From: Welwitschia mirabilis
Lineage: Eukaryota
Length of the DNA: 54,687 nt
Reading direction: 5' to 3'
NCBI GenBank assembly: GCA_051453625.1
Contig: JBOZIK010000001.1
Location: 21,111,764-21,166,450 of the forward strand
Numbering within the stretch: position 1 is the first letter of the stretch; each line of letters opens with the position of its first letter. Positions 49,250-54,687 of the stretch are shown here, one piece after another. A model generated the notes under the pieces. That model saw nothing but the letters and a program-made list of their open reading frames with translations. It was not told the origin of the DNA and made no database searches. The position numbers were made by a program, and so were the translations under genes.

Positions 49250-51140
49250 AGGAAAAGCCTCCTTTATTAAAAGTAATCATTTACACTTAGAAACTAGTTT
49301 ACTTAGGAAAATATGTAAGCATGATTTATAAAGTATAATTAGTTCTCCCTTCCTAAAAGTTTTCCTAAGGATATGTTGATTGTGGAATTTCTTCACCCTC
49401 TCATTATTTATCCTCATGTTTTCATAAGAGTTATTCCTGATTTAATCTAATTTGTTAAGTTGTATGAGCTATTTTTTCTTACATGCTTAAAATTTAAATT
49501 CATGTTTTTGATTGTCTGGTATACCTTGTGATGAAATTCTATGGATATGTCATAGGGTTTTTTGTAGACTAGTCTAAATGATGATATTCCTAAATGAGTT
49601 TTATAATGGTGTGATAGGCTCATAAAACATCATTAATCTTAAAGGATTAGCCTTTTCATGTTGAGTTCACTACCTCTTATATAATTTTCTTAATTTCTGT
49701 ATTCATAATCTCAACTTGGACCTTAGTTTGGGGGTGGTAAGGTGTTGCTACTTTGTGAATCACCCGTATCTAGAAAGAAGGTTGTTAAATATTTTGTGTA
49801 AAAATGTGTTCCTCCATTACTAATTAAAACTTATAGACATCCAAATCACATTAAGATATTTTTTTAAAAGAATTTAATTACCATTTGAGCATCATTTGAT
49901 TAACATGTACCTACCTCAAGCTATTTTTTTACATAATCCACATAGACCAAAATGTACTAATTCCATTTAAAAGTGTGTAAGAGCCTCGAAAATCAATATT
50001 CCAAAAACTACAGGGTTTAACCATGAGAATGAGATTTAGGAGCATCATTTGTCTCTATGAAAGACATCCTAATTTTTGGCAATTATCATAAGATTTGAAT
50101 TATAAGTAGGAGTTTTAAAAATAGAAGGCCAATAGAAATCAGAATGAAGGACTTTTATAGTAGTTTCATAAGCTGAGTAATGATCCCCACAAGAATTAGA
50201 ATGAAAATTCTTAAGGATGTTATGGATTTTAGATTGGAACACATACTTTTGAATGATTTGATCTAGGTAGTACTTAAAAAGGTATGGGATATCCCAAAAG
50301 AAGTAGACCTAGCTTAAAAACCTCTTTTTATCATTAAAAGTTCAATGAAAAGAAGTGGTTTTAGAGACCAAGTAGTTACCAATATCTGCAAACCAAGGTG
50401 CTTTATTAACTAAAAAGAGATATCTATTTGGAAAGGTGTTATTAATAAAAAGAAATGTTTGTGGATTTTTTTGATTTAATTATGAAAGATGATCTATAAC
50501 TATGTTTTCAAAGCCCTTTTTATCTTTAACCTCGAAATCAAATTCCTGTAGAATAAGGATCCATATGATTAGTCTTAGTTTTGAAATATCCTTGGAAAGA
50601 GATATCTAAGGGATGAATGATTAGTATAGATAATTATCTTAGATCCTAAAAGGTATTGCATAAATTTGTCTAAGAAAAAGACTATAACTGGTAGCTCTTT
50701 TTCCACAATGATGTAGTTTAATTGAGTCTCATTTAAAGCTTTACTATCATAATAAATCCTAATTGGTTTTTTATCTATTTTTTTTCCTAAAATGGCTTCA
50801 ATCGTGTAATCAATGACATCATACATAAGCTTAAAAGGTAACTTCTAGTTGGGTGGTTAAATGATTGGTGTGGAAGTTAAGTTTTCTTTGAGTTATTCTA
50901 AGGCTTGTTGATATTCTGGGGTCCAATTGAAAGTGGCATCTTTACTTAAAAGACTACACAATGATAGATATTTTACTAAAATCCTTAATGAATCCTTTAT
51001 AATATCTTGCATGTTCTGAGAAAGATCTATTGTGTTTTTCTTTTTAAGGAGTTGACAAGTATGAGATTAAAGAAACCTTTGTAGGATCTACTTAGATTTC
51101 TTCCTTAGAGATGACATGTCCTAAAACTATACCTTGACTA
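49250..51140 (-). pseudogene. Athila pol fragment (RT C-terminus, RNase H, integrase)
   Basis: Track ORF 50575-50826 (YYDSKALNETQLNYIIVEKELPVIVFFLDKF...YTNHSSLRYL) is Gypsy RNase H. IHKVATPYHPQT on the minus strand at ~49725-49762. IVLGHVISK at ~51105-51130. Confidence 0.92.
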
Positions 51141-51949
51141 ATAAGGAAAGCTTAGGCCTCAAGACCTATGAAGCTAAAAGAACCTGTTTTGATTTTGCAA
51201 TGTACCAAATGAAAAGAGTGACTTAAAACACCTATAAATGAAAAAAATAGAATCTATTTTTAAATAGGACATGGATTAAGCTTAAAATTACAAAACGACC
51301 ACCAAAAAATTAGGTTTTAACTATTTTTAATAAAGAAATAACTATAGAATCTAAAAAGACTAAAATAAAAAACTCAAACCATATGAAAATGGCTATACTT
51401 ATGGAAAAACTATTTTTACCTCTTAAAATACATCAAAAGTACTATTTATCAAAATAAAAATAAAGCTTGTAGTGGTACTAATAAGAAAGTAATCAGAGAG
51501 TAAAATTAGTGGAAATGTAAAAGTAGCAAAATTGAATGAAAGACAAGATGCTCAACATCAAGAATTATTTCCCTCCATTTTAGACATTAAAATAGTAGTT
51601 CTTTAAATACAATATGAGTTTTTCATTGTCTCTCTACTTTTATGGCCCTAAATTTTCAAGAAAATAAGACTAAAATCCTAAGACATATTTACTTTAATTT
51701 AAACCTCTAACAAACATATTGGATGAAACATAAAAAANNNNNNNNNNNNNNNNNNNNNNNNNNNNNNNNNNNNNNNNNNNNNNNNNNNNNNNNNNNNNNN
51801 NNNNNNNNNNNNNNNNNNNNNNNNNNNNNNNNNNNNNATAAACAAAAAAAAAAAAAAAAAAAAAAATCTTGCAAGTTAACTATAATAACATTTCCTCCTT
51901 TAACTTGCAAGTCCATTAAACCTACAATTCACATCAAATATTTCATTAT

Positions 51950-53698
51950 TTTTCTAATGATTACCTTTATTAGAGGATCAAAAACTTGATCTTTTGTGTT
52001 CATGTATTATAGTATTACTATTCTATCCTCTACCTTCTCTTTGAGGTAGTTGTACTTGATATCAATGTGTTTGATTATTTTCTGATGTAACTAACTTTTT
52101 CCTAAGTTTATGGCTGAAGAATTATCAACAAATAATGGAACAGGAGTATCTACCTACATAATCCACATGATTGTTTCATTACCTACATAATCCACATGAT
52201 TGTTTTTGCTGTTTCACATATTATAATGTATTTATATTCTATAGAAAAAAGAGTCATGCATTGTTGCTCACAAGATTTTCAAGAAATTAAATTCAAGCCA
52301 TGAAATACCATTGTTCTTGAAGTTCATTTTTTATTTTTAAAATCTCCTCCTAAATTAGCATTACTACGTGCAAAATAAGTATTCATTCCTTTTGTAAATT
52401 GTAGTCCTTTATTTATGGTTCCTTTGATATATCTCAAAATGTGCTTTGCTATCTTTAAGTGTTATTCATTTGCTTTAGCCATGTATCTTGAAACAATATT
52501 TACTAGACATTCTAAATTTGGTCTATAGTATGTAAGGTACCTTAAAGATTTAATGATTTATCTAAAATATGTTGCATTCATCTTTTGTACTTCTTGTCTT
52601 TCATTAAAATCATGTGGTAATGGCATTGCTACTACATTTTCATTGTTCATATCAAACTTCTTCAATAAAAGTCTTACATGCTTACTTTAATAGAATGTAA
52701 TGCCCTCCTTGTTTTGTTTAACTGTAAAACCAACAAAGCATTCTACCTATTATAAGTATTTTATATCAAAACCTTCTTGCCTTTATCTTTTGAACTCTTT
52801 TAATAAATTTTCACATGATGCAAAATAAAGAACATCATTCATATAAATTAAAATGAACATTAGTTATCAACCTTCCACTTATAAAACAAAGTACATTTTG
52901 TAATGTAGCTTATATAGCCTTCCTTAAGTAGACAATTGTGCAAATTAGTGTATCAAGCTCTTGGTGCTTTCTTAAGATTATAAAGTATCTTCTTCAATTT
53001 GTAAAAATGATTTCCATTGCCCTTTTTCACAAAACCCATTATCTTATTTACATAACTTCTTCTTGTAAAATACTATTTAAAAAGGCTAAACTAATATCTA
53101 GCTAATAAAATTTTTCATCAATGAAAGAAGTAATTTAATGGTCTCTATTTTTGAAAAAGGTGCATAAGTTTCAACAAAATCAATAACTTCTGTTTGCATA
53201 AATACTTTTCTTACTAATCATTCTTTCAAAGTTTATAACTTTGTCTTATTAATTTACCTTCAATTTGTAGATCCATTTTATAGAAATTACCTTTTTTACT
53301 TTTGATTTTGAAATGAATTCTTAAGTGTTGTTCTTTTCAATACTACATTTCATGTTGCATTACTTTCCATTACTTATCTTGAAGTGTTTATTCTATGGTT
53401 TATTGAATGTTACATGTCATTATCATTAGTTCTTATAATGTTACTTGTTGTCTTGTTATTTTTTTCCTTAAAGTTTTAATCAAGTATCAAGTGAGGTTGA
53501 TTATATTTTAATAAGTTGCTACTAGTTTGATTTGTAAAAATATATTTACTATTAGAAACTTATTATAGATGACCAATATAATCTAAATTATTTACCTTAA
53601 AAATAAGCTTGTCTTCCTCAAATTTCATTGATTTTAAAGTTATAAACTTTCTGGTATTCACATCTATGCATTTCTGACCTAAAGTTTCTTTATCATAG
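51950..53698 (-). pseudogene. Ty1/Copia pol fragment (end of INT, RT, RNase H)
   Basis: YKLKKILYNLKKAPRA*Y (~52950-53005), LIYMNDV (~52830-52850), PLFVDNSSAINL (~52105-52140), KHIDIKYNYL (~52045-52075). Confidence 0.9.
52150..52206. repeat. ~29-bp tandem duplication
   Basis: TACCTACATAATCCACATGATTGTTT occurs twice. Confidence 0.9.
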
Positions 53699-54687
53699 TG
53701 TTGTAATGTGTATTTATGTAATGTTTACATCCTAATTAGAATTCTGTTAACCACAAATAATATCAAAAACACAACACACTAATATAGACGAGAGTAACCC
53801 GAATGTCGTAATCCATTGAAGGCCAAAGTATAGAAATAAAAGAGTTGCTTTTAAGATAAAAATATGGTAACCCTAACCTACAAAAATAATTTGCAATGCA
53901 AGAAAATGAAATAAAACACACTTATGCAAGTATAATCTAAAAAAGAAAATAGTGATGCACCTAAACTAACCAAGCATAGCCCTCATAATCTATATCACAA
54001 AAGAAGCTTGTCACTGAATCTCAAATAATATAAACTATGGGGGAGAAGATCATTCATACATTTGAATACAAAAGAAAATATTTCATATTAAAAATGTACA
54101 TCACATGCGTATTATAAAGTAGCCATTCCTCAATGGAGGAAACACCACCCAACACTAAGGAATATCTCTTTAAAATTATAAAATGGTTCTCTAGTCCTTT
54201 AATCTCCTATCATGAGCATGTCAGATACTGTCGAAGATGGTTAGGAATCAAGGGGAAGACCTTTATTTATAGATTCAAAACAAGAAAGAAAATTAATAGA
54301 AAAGTATAGGAAAAACCTTAAATACCATGTAAAGAGAAGTCACAATTAAGTGACGATAGCTTAAGTAACATTTAATGCAAGTATCAAAAAATAGTGTCAT
54401 CCATCTGGTCATCCATACAATATAAGAGACGATGCTGACTGATAGTTAGATCCTCATTTACTACTAGTTTGACTTCCTATGAGACTTATCATCGATGAGT
54501 TACGTGGTCATCCATACTAAAATCCAGATGATTAGACAAATGATGGTTTTTAATGGATCTTAAATTAGTTTAGTTACTTTGTTATTTGTAGGAAATTATC
54601 ATCCAAAATATTGTTCATTCATATTTGCACAGAATGCTTATAATTTAGCTAGAAATCATATATTTCTATCCTTTTCATCTTGGTTTT
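53699..54687 (-). mobile_element. Family B-related Athila LTR inserted into the Copia pol, running off the window
   Basis: TGTTGTAATGTGTATTTATG matches the termini at 31562 and 42812, and internal blocks are colinear. Confidence 0.85.

Overview
This is an AT-rich, CpG-depleted eukaryotic window, almost certainly land-plant nuclear heterochromatin, made of nested and heavily decayed retrotransposons. I found no intact host gene, RNA gene or CRISPR array. Most ORF-track entries are spurious, antisense or run through N gaps. The main components are: (1) an Athila-like Ty3/Gypsy LTR family A on +, with a 5' LTR at 111-9204 and three 3'-end/LTR units starting at 12750, 14297 and 18353; (2) a Sirevirus (SIRE/Maximus) Copia at 1319-9054 inserted in that LTR, with most of pol deleted but an env-like ORF remnant kept; (3) a near full-length L1-type LINE with a candidate TSD on - (20756-26762); (4) a pol-less Athila-derived element C on - (LTR 27362-28376) interrupted by a near full-length Athila element B (31562-~43945); (5) LINE-like remnants flanking a ~325-bp triple repeat (44.1-47.2 kb); (6) a minus-strand Athila pol with a family-A LTR (47318-51140); and (7) a Copia pol fragment interrupted by another family-B LTR at the right end. 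The most notable signals are an almost pure C>T/G>A decay that also hits non-CpG cytosines, family-specific palindromic ACGT/CCGG motif arrays that can be reconstructed from paired LTRs, and env-like 'VREFY' ORFs in both a Copia and a Gypsy element. I cannot support an intact, novel protein-coding system here. Coordinates were read by eye and may be off by a few bases, and more for boundaries marked approximate.
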